Positions 46,160 through 55,818 of a stretch of DNA of 64,000 nucleotides are shown here, in pieces. The stretch spans positions 480,001 to 544,000 of the forward strand of contig CBDCRP010000003.1 in NCBI GenBank assembly GCA_965221165.1, in the 5' to 3' direction. Position numbers and translations under genes: made by a program. Every line of letters starts with the position of its first letter. The first letter of the stretch is position 1. The notes below the pieces were generated by a model that was not told the DNA's origin, did no database searches, and saw nothing but the letters and a program-made list of their open reading frames with translations. The stretch is from a bacterium. Its GTDB lineage: Bacteria; UBA8248.

Positions 46160-47650
46160 TCATTGGGTGATTTCCTTGGGGTCCGCCACGATGCTGCGCG
46201 TCCTCTGCACCTCCACCTCGAACTCGAGCCGCGCGGCTTTCGTATCCGTATCGAATGCGAATGTCTTCGCTTTGTCTTTTTGCTCTTTGCCCCCACCTTC
46301 GGCCTGGAGCGAAAACGCCTTGATCATGTCCGCGAAACTGATTTTGCCGATATACGAATCGGGGAACAGATATACATATTTGAACAAATAGATATTCGCC
46401 GAAGGATCGGGATTGATGAACAATCGCTGCCCCGCTTCCAGTGTCCCGATATCGTCCCTGCCCACACCGGACTCGGCGTTCACCTTCACTTTATCCGATT
46501 TCCAGCGGGGCTTTTCCCGCTTCGAGCCATACGCCCACAGGATTCTTCCCTGTCCGAACAAACCCTTGCTCTCCTGGAGCTTGATCCCGACCAGCCTGAA
46601 AGTGACCTGTTCACGAACATTCTTGAAAACGGAAGACAAACCACTGGGCGAAGCGCCGGGGTCGTAGCTGATTTCCAGAAAAGCGGCTCTCTTGAGTTCC
46701 GCCATCCATTCGCGGCGTCTCTTGGTGAATTTTTCCGCGAAGAGCTTGTTGCGGATTTTGCCCGCCACCTGATCGAGGGTAATCAATTTCCCCGGCTTCA
46801 CCTCATCGACGTGGACGATGTGAAAGCCCACCCTCGTTCTCGTCGGCTTGCTCGTCTCGCCCTTCGCCGTCGAAAAAATGAGTTGCTCCAGTTCCGGGAA
46901 AATCTCGCCTTTCTTCACGGCGCCCAACGATCCGCCACGGCTTCTGGCGGGACCTTCGGAATATTTTTCAGCCATTTGGGAAAAATCAGCACCGGGCTTC
47001 ACAGCCTGCTCGTATGCAAGGGCCGCCCTTTTGCGCTGCGCTTCGATATCCGCAGGGGAAGCCCCCTTGTTCACGGGAAAGAAAATCTGCCGCACTACCC
47101 GGCTCTCGGCCTCCCGGTAATCATCGGAATGCGTATCGTAATAATCCGCAATTTCCTGCTCACCCACCGAAACGCGCGAGCCGACTTCAATGCCCTCCAC
47201 TCTCCGCGCCAACAGCCTCTTGCGAAGTTCACTGCGATATTTGGCGAGAGTTATGCCCTGCGTCGACAAATAAGCGCGCAATTGGGCCGTCGTCGATTTA
47301 TTCTCGCGAAGTATGCCCGCAATTGCGTTTTCAACTTCGTTTTTATCAACGCCCACCCCGAGAGCAGCGGCCCGCTTCAGAATGAGCTTGTTCCCGATCA
47401 TGGCGTCGAGCGCCTCGAGCTCCAACTCGCGAATTCGCCGATTCAGTCGATCTCCCTTGTAGGTTCTCTTCAACTTGTCGACATTCGGCTTCACCAAATC
47501 CTGAAGCTCGGAAAGCATGATGATTTCATTGTCGACCTTCGCGACGATTCTCTCGATCGTCACCGCGGCGGACATCGCCAATGCGGGTGCGCCCAGCAGA
47601 GCGCAAAACGCAATCGTCAAAACACAAAAACGCTTAGCCTGATACGACAT
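46160..47650 (-). CDS. SurA-like chaperone / parvulin PPIase with extra C-terminal domain
   Basis: Signal peptide, ERIVAKVDNEII..SEL, F..MA..YSE....GG.LG, GFHIV; about 165-aa C-terminal extension. Confidence 0.8.
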   Translation of the reverse strand: MSYQAKRFCVLTIAFCALLGAPALAMSAAVTIERIVAKVDNEIIMLSELQDLVKPNVDKLKRTYKGDRLNRRIRELELEALDAMIGNKLILKRAAALGVGVDKNEVENAIAGILRENKSTTAQLRAYLSTQGITLAKYRSELRKRLLARRVEGIEVGSRVSVGEQEIADYYDTHSDDYREAESRVVRQIFFPVNKGASPADIEAQRKRAALAYEQAVKPGADFSQMAEKYSEGPARSRGGSLGAVKKGEIFPELEQLIFSTAKGETSKPTRTRVGFHIVHVDEVKPGKLITLDQVAGKIRNKLFAEKFTKRRREWMAELKRAAFLEISYDPGASPSGLSSVFKNVREQVTFRLVGIKLQESKGLFGQGRILWAYGSKREKPRWKSDKVKVNAESGVGRDDIGTLEAGQRLFINPDPSANIYLFKYVYLFPDSYIGKISFADMIKAFSLQAEGGGKEQKDKAKTFAFDTDTKAARLEFEVEVQRTRSIVADPKEITQ

Positions 47651-48620
47651 TTTCAAGATTTTCCCAATAGTATTTAACTTTAGCATTTCGCTTCAGTTCC
47701 CCGAGCCAGTTCTCGAGCCGCGCTCTTCCCTTATCAATCAACAATTGCTTCCTGATGCTGTCCCGTACGGACGCCAGTGTTTTCTGAAACGGCAACCTCC
47801 GCTCGGGAACCTCGAGCAAATGGAAGCCTGATGGACTTCTGACGACCCGGCTCACCTCATCCAACTTCAAAGATTCAACCACATTCTCGATGTTTTCGGG
47901 TAGCTGCCCTCTCTCGAAATAACCCAAATCGCCACCCACGTCACGCTCGGGACCGATGGAATGTTTTCGCGCAAGGGCCGCGAATGATTCCCCGTCCAGG
48001 ACGCGCTTCCTCAACCGAGAAGCCATTTTAGACGAAGAGACGACGATTTGGCGAACCCGCCAGCGTCGCCTGACCCGGAATTTCTCCTTGTTGCGGGTGT
48101 AGTAATCTTTTATCTCGGAGTCGGAGACATGCAACTTCGAATACACTTCCTTTTCCAGCAGCAGTTCAATCTCGAGCGTCTCGCGCATTGTTTTCAACCA
48201 CAACTCCTCGTCGATTCCCTCTTCTTTCATCAAAGCGCTCAAATCCTGCCCGTCATACTGGCGGCGAACGAATTCGACGAAACGCCTTACCTTCCCCTCG
48301 CTCACATATTCGCCCACCTCACGGAAACGCTGAAGCAAGAGGCGTCTCTCCACGAGCTGCTCCACCAGTATCTTGGGTATGAATTTTTCGGCCTTGCCCG
48401 AAACCTGCTGCTTGCCGCGCGCCATGAAATGCGCACGCACGTCCCCGCGGGTAATCGGCTCGCCGTTCACGCGCGCCACCAGGGCGTCTTTTTTCTCGCT
48501 TCGCGTCTCAAGCGAAGAATCACAACCAGCCAGGATGAACGGCAACACCGAACAAATGCACGCCCACCGGGCTCGGCCGCCTCGAATCAGAAGCCGCGCG
48601 CTCCTCTCATTTTTCATCAT
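47634..48620 (-). CDS. PrsA/PpiC-type peptidyl-prolyl isomerase (probable lipoprotein)
   Basis: LAGC lipobox, VARVNGEPIT, GESFAALARKHS, GGDLG, GFHLL. Confidence 0.85.
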   Translation of the reverse strand: MMKNERSARLLIRGGRARWACICSVLPFILAGCDSSLETRSEKKDALVARVNGEPITRGDVRAHFMARGKQQVSGKAEKFIPKILVEQLVERRLLLQRFREVGEYVSEGKVRRFVEFVRRQYDGQDLSALMKEEGIDEELWLKTMRETLEIELLLEKEVYSKLHVSDSEIKDYYTRNKEKFRVRRRWRVRQIVVSSSKMASRLRKRVLDGESFAALARKHSIGPERDVGGDLGYFERGQLPENIENVVESLKLDEVSRVVRSPSGFHLLEVPERRLPFQKTLASVRDSIRKQLLIDKGRARLENWLGELKRNAKVKYYWENLENVVSG

Positions 48621-48626
48621 GAGAGC

Positions 48627-51600
48627 CTATGCCTCTTCCGCCGCCAACTCGCCTTCGGAAACCTTGCATACCTCCAAAGCATCAAGGACTTCGACGAGAA
48701 AGTCAAAATCCTCCGGCCAGCGCCCGCTGATGCTCGCTCGAAAAGCGTGGGTGTCGGTGAACACCATCCCCGGCATATCGAGAAAAGCGACCGTCAATTC
48801 GTAGTCCCCCGGGAAAATCTCCAGATGCGCCTCCTTGCCGCGAAGGTGGAGAGACTTGATTCCGCAAAGGCGGGCGCGCAACCGGATTTCCCCCAATTGC
48901 AGAAGGTGGAGAGCACGAACCGGCATTTCTCCGTATTTATCCTTGAGTTCCACGCCCAGTTCCCTCAATTCGCCCGGCATCCCGGCCGATGCGATTCGGC
49001 GGTATACGTCCAGGCGCTCGGCCTGGGCCGGAATCCAGGAAGGCGGCAGCGTGCCCGCCACCGGCGCTACTATCTCGGGTTCATGGCGATCGACCGTCTC
49101 GCCCTTCGTCTCCTGAACAACCTCCTCCAGCAGGCGGCAATACATGTCGAACCCCACGGCCGAGATTTGCCCCGATTGGCGATGCCCCAGCAAATGCCCG
49201 GCGCCGCGAATTTCCAGATCGCGCATGGCCAGCTTGAAGCCGCCTCCCAGTTCGCTCAATTCCTCCAGGGCCTGGAGCCGCTCTCTCGCCTGCCTCGTCA
49301 GGGAGCCTGCGCCGGAGACCAAAAGGTATGCGTGCGCCTGAAACCTGTCGCGCCCCACCCGGCCGCGCAACTGGTATAACTGCGCCATGCCGAACATATC
49401 CGCCCGATTGATCATAATCGTGTTCACCGAGGGAATGTCGAGGCCGCTTTCGATGATCGTGGTGCAGAGCAGAACATCGGCCCGCCGGGTCACGAACTGC
49501 TCCATCACCTCTTCGAGATCTCTTTCCCTCATCTGGCCGTGGCCCACGAGAATTCGCGCGTCGGGCGCCAATTTTTGCAGGAGCCGCCGCATGGCGGGGA
49601 GGCTCCTCACCCGGTTGTGCACGAAAAACACCTGCCCGCCCCGGTCGATTTCCTTGGTGATGGCGTCTTTGATGAGTTTTTCGCTGAAGCGGGATATATA
49701 CGTGCGCGGCGCGACCCGGTGGCGCGGGGGCGTTTCGATGACGCTCAAGTCACGCGTGCCGGAGAGCGCCATCTGCAAGGTTCTGGGAATGGGCGTTGCG
49801 GTCAAGGTCAGTACATCCACGTTGACGCGAATTTTTTTGATCTTCTCCTTGTGGGAAACGCCGAAACGATGTTCTTCGTCGATTACCAAAAGGCCCAAAT
49901 CCCGAAACGACACGTCTTTTTGCAGCAGCCGATGGGTGCCGATGACTATGTCCACACGCCCGAGTGAGAGGCCTTCCAGCACGCCACCCTGCTCTTTTTT
50001 GCTTCTGAAACGAGACAGCATCTCCACATGAACCGGCAGCGATTCGAAACGCTTCCCGAAGGTGTCCCGATGCTGGTGGGCCAGCAGCGTCGTCGGCACG
50101 ATGACGGCGACTTGCTTGCCCGCAGAAATCGCCCTGGCGGCGGCCCGGAGCGCCACTTCGGTCTTTCCGTACCCGACATCCCCGCAGATGAGGCGATCCA
50201 TCGGCCGGGAATGCTCCATATCCGCCAGCACGGCGCGAATGGCTTGCTCCTGATCGGGTGTTTCCTCGAACCCGAAGCCGGCGGATATTTCATGGTCGAA
50301 TCCGCCCTCCGCTGAAAAAGCGTGTCCCTCGGCGGCGCTTCGCTCCGAATAGAGGCGCACCAGGTCGCGAGCGATCCCCCGGAGCGATTTCTTGACGTTA
50401 TTCTTCGTCTTCGTCCAGCGATTCCCCCCCAGTTTGTCCAGGGGCGGCGCGGAGCCCACTCCGCGATATTTGTGGATGCGGTCGACGTCGTCCATCGGAA
50501 CGTAGAGCTTGTCGCTGCCCGCATACTGGAGGGTGAGAAATTCATTTTCCCCGTCGCGATGCTCGATGACGCGCGTGCCCATGTAGCGGCCTACGCCGTG
50601 CTCCACGTGCACCACCAGGTCCTTTTCGCTCAAATCCTCAAAACCCTCGCCGGGCTTCGACTGGGGCAGACGGCGGGAATCCCCGCCCAAGGCGCCGACC
50701 AGCAAATCCTGCGCGCGAAAGAAAACCCTCTTCTCCCCGGGCAGCCGGAAGCTGGTGCTGAGCCTGCCCTCCACCAGAACGACGTCGTACCGCGCGTCTA
50801 TGAGAGAAACGCCTTGCGACAAAATTTCCACGCCCACTTCATGCTCGCGCAACAATGCCTGTATCCTCAGGGCGAGGGTCTTCTCCTCCGCCACGATGAC
50901 GACGCTTTCATCTTCCCGGCGCCATGCGCGAAGCTGGTCCACAAACGCCTCCACCCGCCCACGGAAGGGATTGATGTTTTCCGAGCGCAAGACCCCCTGG
51001 GGCTTCAAGTCTTCTTCGGGACTCGCGGCGTCCAGCCCCAGGGAATCGAATTCGAGGCGCGGCCAGATGGAGAGTTCCTCGCGAATTTCCTCGGGCGCGA
51101 GCCATAAACGCTCGGGCGCAAAGGAGACGAGGCCCCGCTCGGGCGCAAGACGCGCCTCCTCGTTCACTTCATCCCACAACTTCTCCATCGCTTCGCCCAG
51201 ATTTTCCGCTTCGCTCAAAACCCAGAGCGCATTCCCCGGCGCCACGTCGAACAACGTCGTCATCTCGGACAAGAACATGGGCGCGAGACCTTCCATGCCC
51301 GAAAAATGCCTGTCCGCATCCAGGTATTCGAGAAGACGTTCCACTCTTTGGCTCGTCTCGGGTTCGGTCATCTTTGAAAGAGCGCGCCGCCCCCTCTCCA
51401 CCTCTTCGGGCGAGAGAACAATCTCTTTGGATGGAAAAACGTCCAGGCTTTGGAGCGAGTCCAGATTCCGCTGTGTCTGGGGATGAAAATGCCGCAGGGA
51501 ATCAAGTTCGTCTCCGCGAAACTCCAGGCGGGTCGGATATGCGTTCTGGGGAGAGAAAAAATCCACAATGCCGCCTCGCACCGCATATTCTCCGGGGGAT

Positions 51601-52091
51601 TCGACCAGCGACCTCCTTAGATACATCAACGATTCGAGCGAGCCCATGAACGCATCCCGCTCCATCGCCATCCCCTCGCTCAACCGAATCATGGCGTCGT
51701 TCAGACGTTCGGGCGGAGGGATTCTCGTCCCCATCGCCGCCAGGCTCGTCAGTACGACACCCCGCTCCCCGCTACGCAAAAGTCGCAGCGCGGACATTCT
51801 TTCGCCGACGACCTCACTGGATGGAGACAACCGGGAAAAGGGATACGCATCCCATGCCGGGAACCCCGGCACCGGCAAATCCCGCGCACCCGAAGCGCCG
51901 AGGAGGAGCTTCATGTTCGCCTCAATCATCTCGAGGCGGCGCTGCTCCACTTCGACGAAGACAACGGGCCCGGGGTGTTCGCGCGCGATCCGCACCAGCC
52001 ACCAGGCGATTGACGCTTCGCTCGCGCCTCGCAAGTGGACTCGTTTGTTCCCATCGAAGCCCCGAAGTGACAAAAAGGATTCATTCATCAT
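48627..52091 (-). CDS. mfd: transcription-repair coupling factor
   Basis: VRGGIVD, VVHVEHGVG, ETPDQ, CGDVGYGKTEVA, DEEHRFG, QLRGRVGR, RDLEIRGAG; start trimmed. Confidence 0.97.
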   Translation of the reverse strand: MMNESFLSLRGFDGNKRVHLRGASEASIAWWLVRIAREHPGPVVFVEVEQRRLEMIEANMKLLLGASGARDLPVPGFPAWDAYPFSRLSPSSEVVGERMSALRLLRSGERGVVLTSLAAMGTRIPPPERLNDAMIRLSEGMAMERDAFMGSLESLMYLRRSLVESPGEYAVRGGIVDFFSPQNAYPTRLEFRGDELDSLRHFHPQTQRNLDSLQSLDVFPSKEIVLSPEEVERGRRALSKMTEPETSQRVERLLEYLDADRHFSGMEGLAPMFLSEMTTLFDVAPGNALWVLSEAENLGEAMEKLWDEVNEEARLAPERGLVSFAPERLWLAPEEIREELSIWPRLEFDSLGLDAASPEEDLKPQGVLRSENINPFRGRVEAFVDQLRAWRREDESVVIVAEEKTLALRIQALLREHEVGVEILSQGVSLIDARYDVVLVEGRLSTSFRLPGEKRVFFRAQDLLVGALGGDSRRLPQSKPGEGFEDLSEKDLVVHVEHGVGRYMGTRVIEHRDGENEFLTLQYAGSDKLYVPMDDVDRIHKYRGVGSAPPLDKLGGNRWTKTKNNVKKSLRGIARDLVRLYSERSAAEGHAFSAEGGFDHEISAGFGFEETPDQEQAIRAVLADMEHSRPMDRLICGDVGYGKTEVALRAAARAISAGKQVAVIVPTTLLAHQHRDTFGKRFESLPVHVEMLSRFRSKKEQGGVLEGLSLGRVDIVIGTHRLLQKDVSFRDLGLLVIDEEHRFGVSHKEKIKKIRVNVDVLTLTATPIPRTLQMALSGTRDLSVIETPPRHRVAPRTYISRFSEKLIKDAITKEIDRGGQVFFVHNRVRSLPAMRRLLQKLAPDARILVGHGQMRERDLEEVMEQFVTRRADVLLCTTIIESGLDIPSVNTIMINRADMFGMAQLYQLRGRVGRDRFQAHAYLLVSGAGSLTRQARERLQALEELSELGGGFKLAMRDLEIRGAGHLLGHRQSGQISAVGFDMYCRLLEEVVQETKGETVDRHEPEIVAPVAGTLPPSWIPAQAERLDVYRRIASAGMPGELRELGVELKDKYGEMPVRALHLLQLGEIRLRARLCGIKSLHLRGKEAHLEIFPGDYELTVAFLDMPGMVFTDTHAFRASISGRWPEDFDFLVEVLDALEVCKVSEGELAAEEA

Positions 52092-52180
52092 GTGAGATTT
52101 CGGATTTCGAATCGAAGCGCACGAGAAAATGAAATGAGTTGGAGCATCCCGTATAACATAAAAACTTTCAGAAGAAGCCC

Positions 52181-53446
52181 TTAATTCAGATACTTCTTGG
52201 TGATAATGAAGTCCCTGAGCACGTTGGAAGAATTCTTGGGCAACTCGACCTCCGAGCCGTTCAGGGACATCTGTGTTCCCGATACGTTCCCCACGGTGAC
52301 GACGAATTTTTCCGACGCCTTCCAGTTCCTTTCCTTGCCCGCCAACAAAAGTAACTCTTCGGTATTTTTCGCATCGACCACGATTCGCAGCCACGTGTCT
52401 TCTGTCGCAAAAATCTTGAGCGTCAACGGAATACTCGCAGGGGCGGGCGGGGCGGGAGCGGGGGTCGCCGGGGTCTGCTCTCCTTGCGGCGCCGCGCCGA
52501 CATTCGGTGCGGTGTTGCGGGCGACCTTGTCTGCGGCTGGAGCACTCGCTTGCGCCGAGGGGTTCTCTGAAACCGGCGGAGTCTCTTGAGCCGCGGTGTT
52601 TCCCCGGGCCGGGGCGCTTTGTGGACCCTGCGCGCTTTCTTGAACCGGGGCACTCCCTTGCGGCGGGCTCGGCGGAGCCTCTTGAACCACGGGGCCCTGT
52701 TGGGCCGGAGGGCTCCCCTCGGCTACAGGATTCTCCTGCACCGGGGCGCTCGCCTGCACCGGAGGCTTCTCCGCAGCCGGAGAAAGCATTTCCTCCTTGT
52801 CTGAAGCCGAAGGTTCTTTCAAGTTCGCCGTCGAGGCGGGAGGACGCTCCGGCTCGGTGACCTTCTTCTCGACAGCGTCCGCTTCTTTCCGTGTTCCACC
52901 TTCATTTTTCGCTTCTTCGTTCACGGCATTGGGTTGAGGGGGCGTCTCCGCCACGGGCGCAACCGCAGATTTTATTCTACCGACAATCGATTCAATCGGA
53001 ACAAGTTCCTTCGTTCTTCCTTTCATGAACCAGAGAAGCCCGCCGCCGGCGAAAAGAAAAACCAGCACGAAAATAAAGGTTGCGGCAGATGAGAATCGGT
53101 TCGTCTGGGGAGGAGGGCTGAAAATGGTTCGGGGTTTCTGCTCTAACTCATGGTCTCCCGGTTGCAGTACACCCGTAGTTTCCCGTTTATAGCTCTCGAC
53201 CACGGCCTTGCTGTCCACGCCAACCGTATCCGCAAAGGCGCGGACGAAACCCAGACCGACCGGGCCTGTCGGCAACCTGTCGAAATCGCCGCTTTCGATA
53301 CTTTCCAGATAGTATGTTCGGATTCGCGTATGCTCGGAGACCGAACGCAGGGGTATCTCTTTTTCCTCGCGCGCACGACGCAGGAAGGGTCCTACACCCT
53401 CTTTTTCTATTCTCGTCATCAATCTCGGGTCGATATTTTCCATCAT
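52181..53446 (-). CDS. rodZ: RodZ-like protein (HTH, TM helix, DUF4115)
   Basis: G.FLRRARE...VSE.TRIR..YLE.IE.G.F..LP HTH; one TM helix; C-terminal TWLRI..D....LL..G. Confidence 0.8.
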   Translation of the reverse strand: MMENIDPRLMTRIEKEGVGPFLRRAREEKEIPLRSVSEHTRIRTYYLESIESGDFDRLPTGPVGLGFVRAFADTVGVDSKAVVESYKRETTGVLQPGDHELEQKPRTIFSPPPQTNRFSSAATFIFVLVFLFAGGGLLWFMKGRTKELVPIESIVGRIKSAVAPVAETPPQPNAVNEEAKNEGGTRKEADAVEKKVTEPERPPASTANLKEPSASDKEEMLSPAAEKPPVQASAPVQENPVAEGSPPAQQGPVVQEAPPSPPQGSAPVQESAQGPQSAPARGNTAAQETPPVSENPSAQASAPAADKVARNTAPNVGAAPQGEQTPATPAPAPPAPASIPLTLKIFATEDTWLRIVVDAKNTEELLLLAGKERNWKASEKFVVTVGNVSGTQMSLNGSEVELPKNSSNVLRDFIITKKYLN

Positions 53447-53601
53447 GCGCCTCACTTCGCAAAAATCCAACAAAAACGACCCGAATCATGAGAAATCACT
53501 CTATTCATAATAGGTTCGAAAGTCAATGTTGGAAAAGCGGGAACCGCCTCTTGCGCCGCCCGTACAAAACCGCAAACGGCGAATGAGGCATCGATTGATT
53601 T

Positions 53602-54471
53602 TTACGAAATAATGGAGAGAATCAAGGGCGTTACATGGCAGATACTCGGATTCGCGACGTCTGCGAACAGGGTGTTCGCACCTTTGCCGTAGAGCACTAT
53701 GGGGACGGGGTTCGTCGTGTGAGCGGATGTTTCCATGTCTTCCACATTCCCGTGGTCACTGCTGAGAATGAACGTATCCTCATCCGGGTCTATATGCCGC
53801 AAGGCGGCCCGCAAGAAGCGGTTCAAACCCGCCAAAACCTCAAAGGCATCCTCAAGGGTTCCGCGGTGTCCGACGTGATCCGTCTGAAAAAACTCATAGA
53901 CCAGCAAATCCTTCGTCCGCGCCATTCCCCCGAGGCGGGCGCCCGCCTCCTCGGCGTCGAGCCTCGCCACATCATGGCCCTGCCCGGCGATTATCTCGTT
54001 CGTGTAGTCGCGATAAACTGCCCTGCCCTCGATGAGGTCCTCGAGGCGATTCAGCGGAATTCCCGCGCTCTCGGCCATCACCGTGCTCACCGAACGTCTG
54101 CGGTTTCTGCCGCGCCTGAAAAAAGGAGGGGTATAGGCGTTGGCGAATCCGACGACGGCGCCCTTCTCGCGGGCGCGCCTGAGGAGGCCGTTTCGAGAGA
54201 CGATCCGGCGCAACTGCGTATTCGGCAGGCCCTGGAGATGCTTCCCCACCGCTTTGGGCGCATTTACGCCCGTGAACAAAGAGGCGCCGCCCGTCGCGCT
54301 CTGGGGGATACCCTCGACGCCGAGGCGGGCATCCGCCTCGATGAGCCGGAAGCCCGGCGCTTCGCCTCCGCACAAAAGCCCCAGCGGAGGCTCCCCCACG
54401 CGGGAGAGCGGATTGCCCGGCGCAGGCTGAGCGACCCCCAGGCCATCCACGAACACGAAAAGAACGGACAT
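53602..54471 (-). CDS. metalloenzyme-superfamily protein (phosphoglycerate mutase/phosphopentomutase-like)
   Basis: FVDGLG, PQSATG...FTG, TDHVGH, SSDHGNVED, HTTNPVP. Confidence 0.8.
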   Translation of the reverse strand: MSVLFVFVDGLGVAQPAPGNPLSRVGEPPLGLLCGGEAPGFRLIEADARLGVEGIPQSATGGASLFTGVNAPKAVGKHLQGLPNTQLRRIVSRNGLLRRAREKGAVVGFANAYTPPFFRRGRNRRRSVSTVMAESAGIPLNRLEDLIEGRAVYRDYTNEIIAGQGHDVARLDAEEAGARLGGMARTKDLLVYEFFQTDHVGHRGTLEDAFEVLAGLNRFLRAALRHIDPDEDTFILSSDHGNVEDMETSAHTTNPVPIVLYGKGANTLFADVANPSICHVTPLILSIIS

Positions 54472-54472
54472 G

Positions 54473-55492
54473 CTATAGCGTTCTTCCGCTGGCCTCTGCG
54501 AACACCTTGAGCTCCTCGATCAGGGCGGCGAACTTCTCTGGTTTGAGGGATTGCGGGCCGTCGCTCATCGCCTTCTCGGGCTCGGGGTGCATTTCGAGCA
54601 TCAGGCCGTCCGCCCCGACCGCCACGGCCGCCTTCGCCAGGGGCGCGACGAATCTCCAGGCGCCCGCCGCGTGGCTCGGGTCCACCACGACCGGCAAATG
54701 CGTCTGTTCCTTGAGCACGGGCACGGCGCTGATGTCCAGCGTGTTGCGCGTGGCCGTCTCGAAGGTGCGTATCCCCCTTTCGCACAGCACGACGTTCGGG
54801 TTCCCCTGGCTCATGACGTATTCGGCCGACATCAAGAACTCTTCTACCGTCGTGGACATGCCGCGCTTCAGGAAAATGGTCTTGTCGGTCTTGCCGACTT
54901 TTTTCAGCAAGGAGAAGTTCTGCACGTTGCGCGCGCCGATTTGCAACACGTCCGCATATTCGCAGCACACCTCGATGTCTTCTGAATCCATGACCTCCGT
55001 CTGGATGGGAAGCCCCGTCTTCTCGCGCGCCTCGGCAAGGAGCTTCAAGCCGTCTTCCGCCATGCCCTGGAAGCTGTACGGCGAGGTGCGCGGCTTATAG
55101 GCGCCGCCCCTCAGGACGTGGCCGCCGCCCGCCCGTACCACTTCGGCGGATTCCATAATCTGCTCCCTGTTCTCCACGGAGCAGGGCCCGCCGATGATAA
55201 TGATCTGCTCACCGCCGATTTCCACCCCCTCGCCCATCGGCAACTGGCTGCGCTCTGGCCTGCCCTCCGAGCTCGCCAGTTTGAAGGGCTTGAGAATGGG
55301 CATCGCGCTTTCCACTCCATTCAAAGAAACAAGCGACTCCAGCATGTATTTCCCCCGTTCATCCCCGATGGCCCCGATCACCGTACGCTCCACCCCTTTG
55401 ATGACGTGCTCCTGGTAGCCGAGTTCATTGATCCTTGCGATGGCTTTTCCTATCTCTTCATCCGTTGCGCCCAGCTTCATCACGATAATCAA
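54473..55492 (-). CDS. aroF: 3-deoxy-7-phosphoheptulonate (DAHP) synthase, type I-beta with N-terminal regulatory domain
   Basis: [48 protein letters not shown]. Confidence 0.95.
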   Translation of the reverse strand: MIIVMKLGATDEEIGKAIARINELGYQEHVIKGVERTVIGAIGDERGKYMLESLVSLNGVESAMPILKPFKLASSEGRPERSQLPMGEGVEIGGEQIIIIGGPCSVENREQIMESAEVVRAGGGHVLRGGAYKPRTSPYSFQGMAEDGLKLLAEAREKTGLPIQTEVMDSEDIEVCCEYADVLQIGARNVQNFSLLKKVGKTDKTIFLKRGMSTTVEEFLMSAEYVMSQGNPNVVLCERGIRTFETATRNTLDISAVPVLKEQTHLPVVVDPSHAAGAWRFVAPLAKAAVAVGADGLMLEMHPEPEKAMSDGPQSLKPEKFAALIEELKVFAEASGRTL

Positions 55493-55534
55493 AACAAATC
55501 TCCTTTTTCCCTCTCGGAATTTCAGTTGTTTCTC

Positions 55535-55567
55535 AAAAAAAATCGCCGTGAGGCTGTCCCACGGCGA
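55535..55567 (-). terminator. aroF attenuator terminator
   Basis: Minus strand UCGCCGUG-ggacagccu-CACGGCGA followed by U8, about 40 nt upstream of aroF. Confidence 0.85.
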
Positions 55568-55621
55568 ATGTTTCTCTATTGTCCGTGGCGACCGGGCCGT
55601 CCACCCGCCCGCCGTAGGTTT

Positions 55622-55699
55622 TTACATCACGGCGCGCGGACGGACGGTGATAAAACCGAAAAAGCAATATCCCTCAAAAAATCTTCTCATCGTCCGCAT
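55622..55699 (-). CDS. Phe/Tyr-rich leader peptide MRTMRRFFEGYCFFGFITVRPRAVM
   Basis: 5 Phe and 1 Tyr within 10 codons, upstream of the terminator and aroF; alternative start at 55690. Confidence 0.8.
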   Translation of the reverse strand: MRTMRRFFEGYCFFGFITVRPRAVM

Positions 55700-55818
55700 C
55701 TTGCTCGCCTCTGGAATTTCAAAAAATGCATCTGTCTGGAAAAAGCGCCTTAAGATAATCCCGCAAGCCTATAAGAGTCAACCCCTTGGCCGCGGAAATT
55801 TTCAGGTTCTTTCGACTT

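Noticed and set aside
52092-52394. Extended mfd start overlapping rodZ; similar extensions for dgt, alkA, pyrC, the amidohydrolase and uvrA
   Set aside because: Extensions overlap neighbouring genes or show no family similarity; downstream starts were chosen
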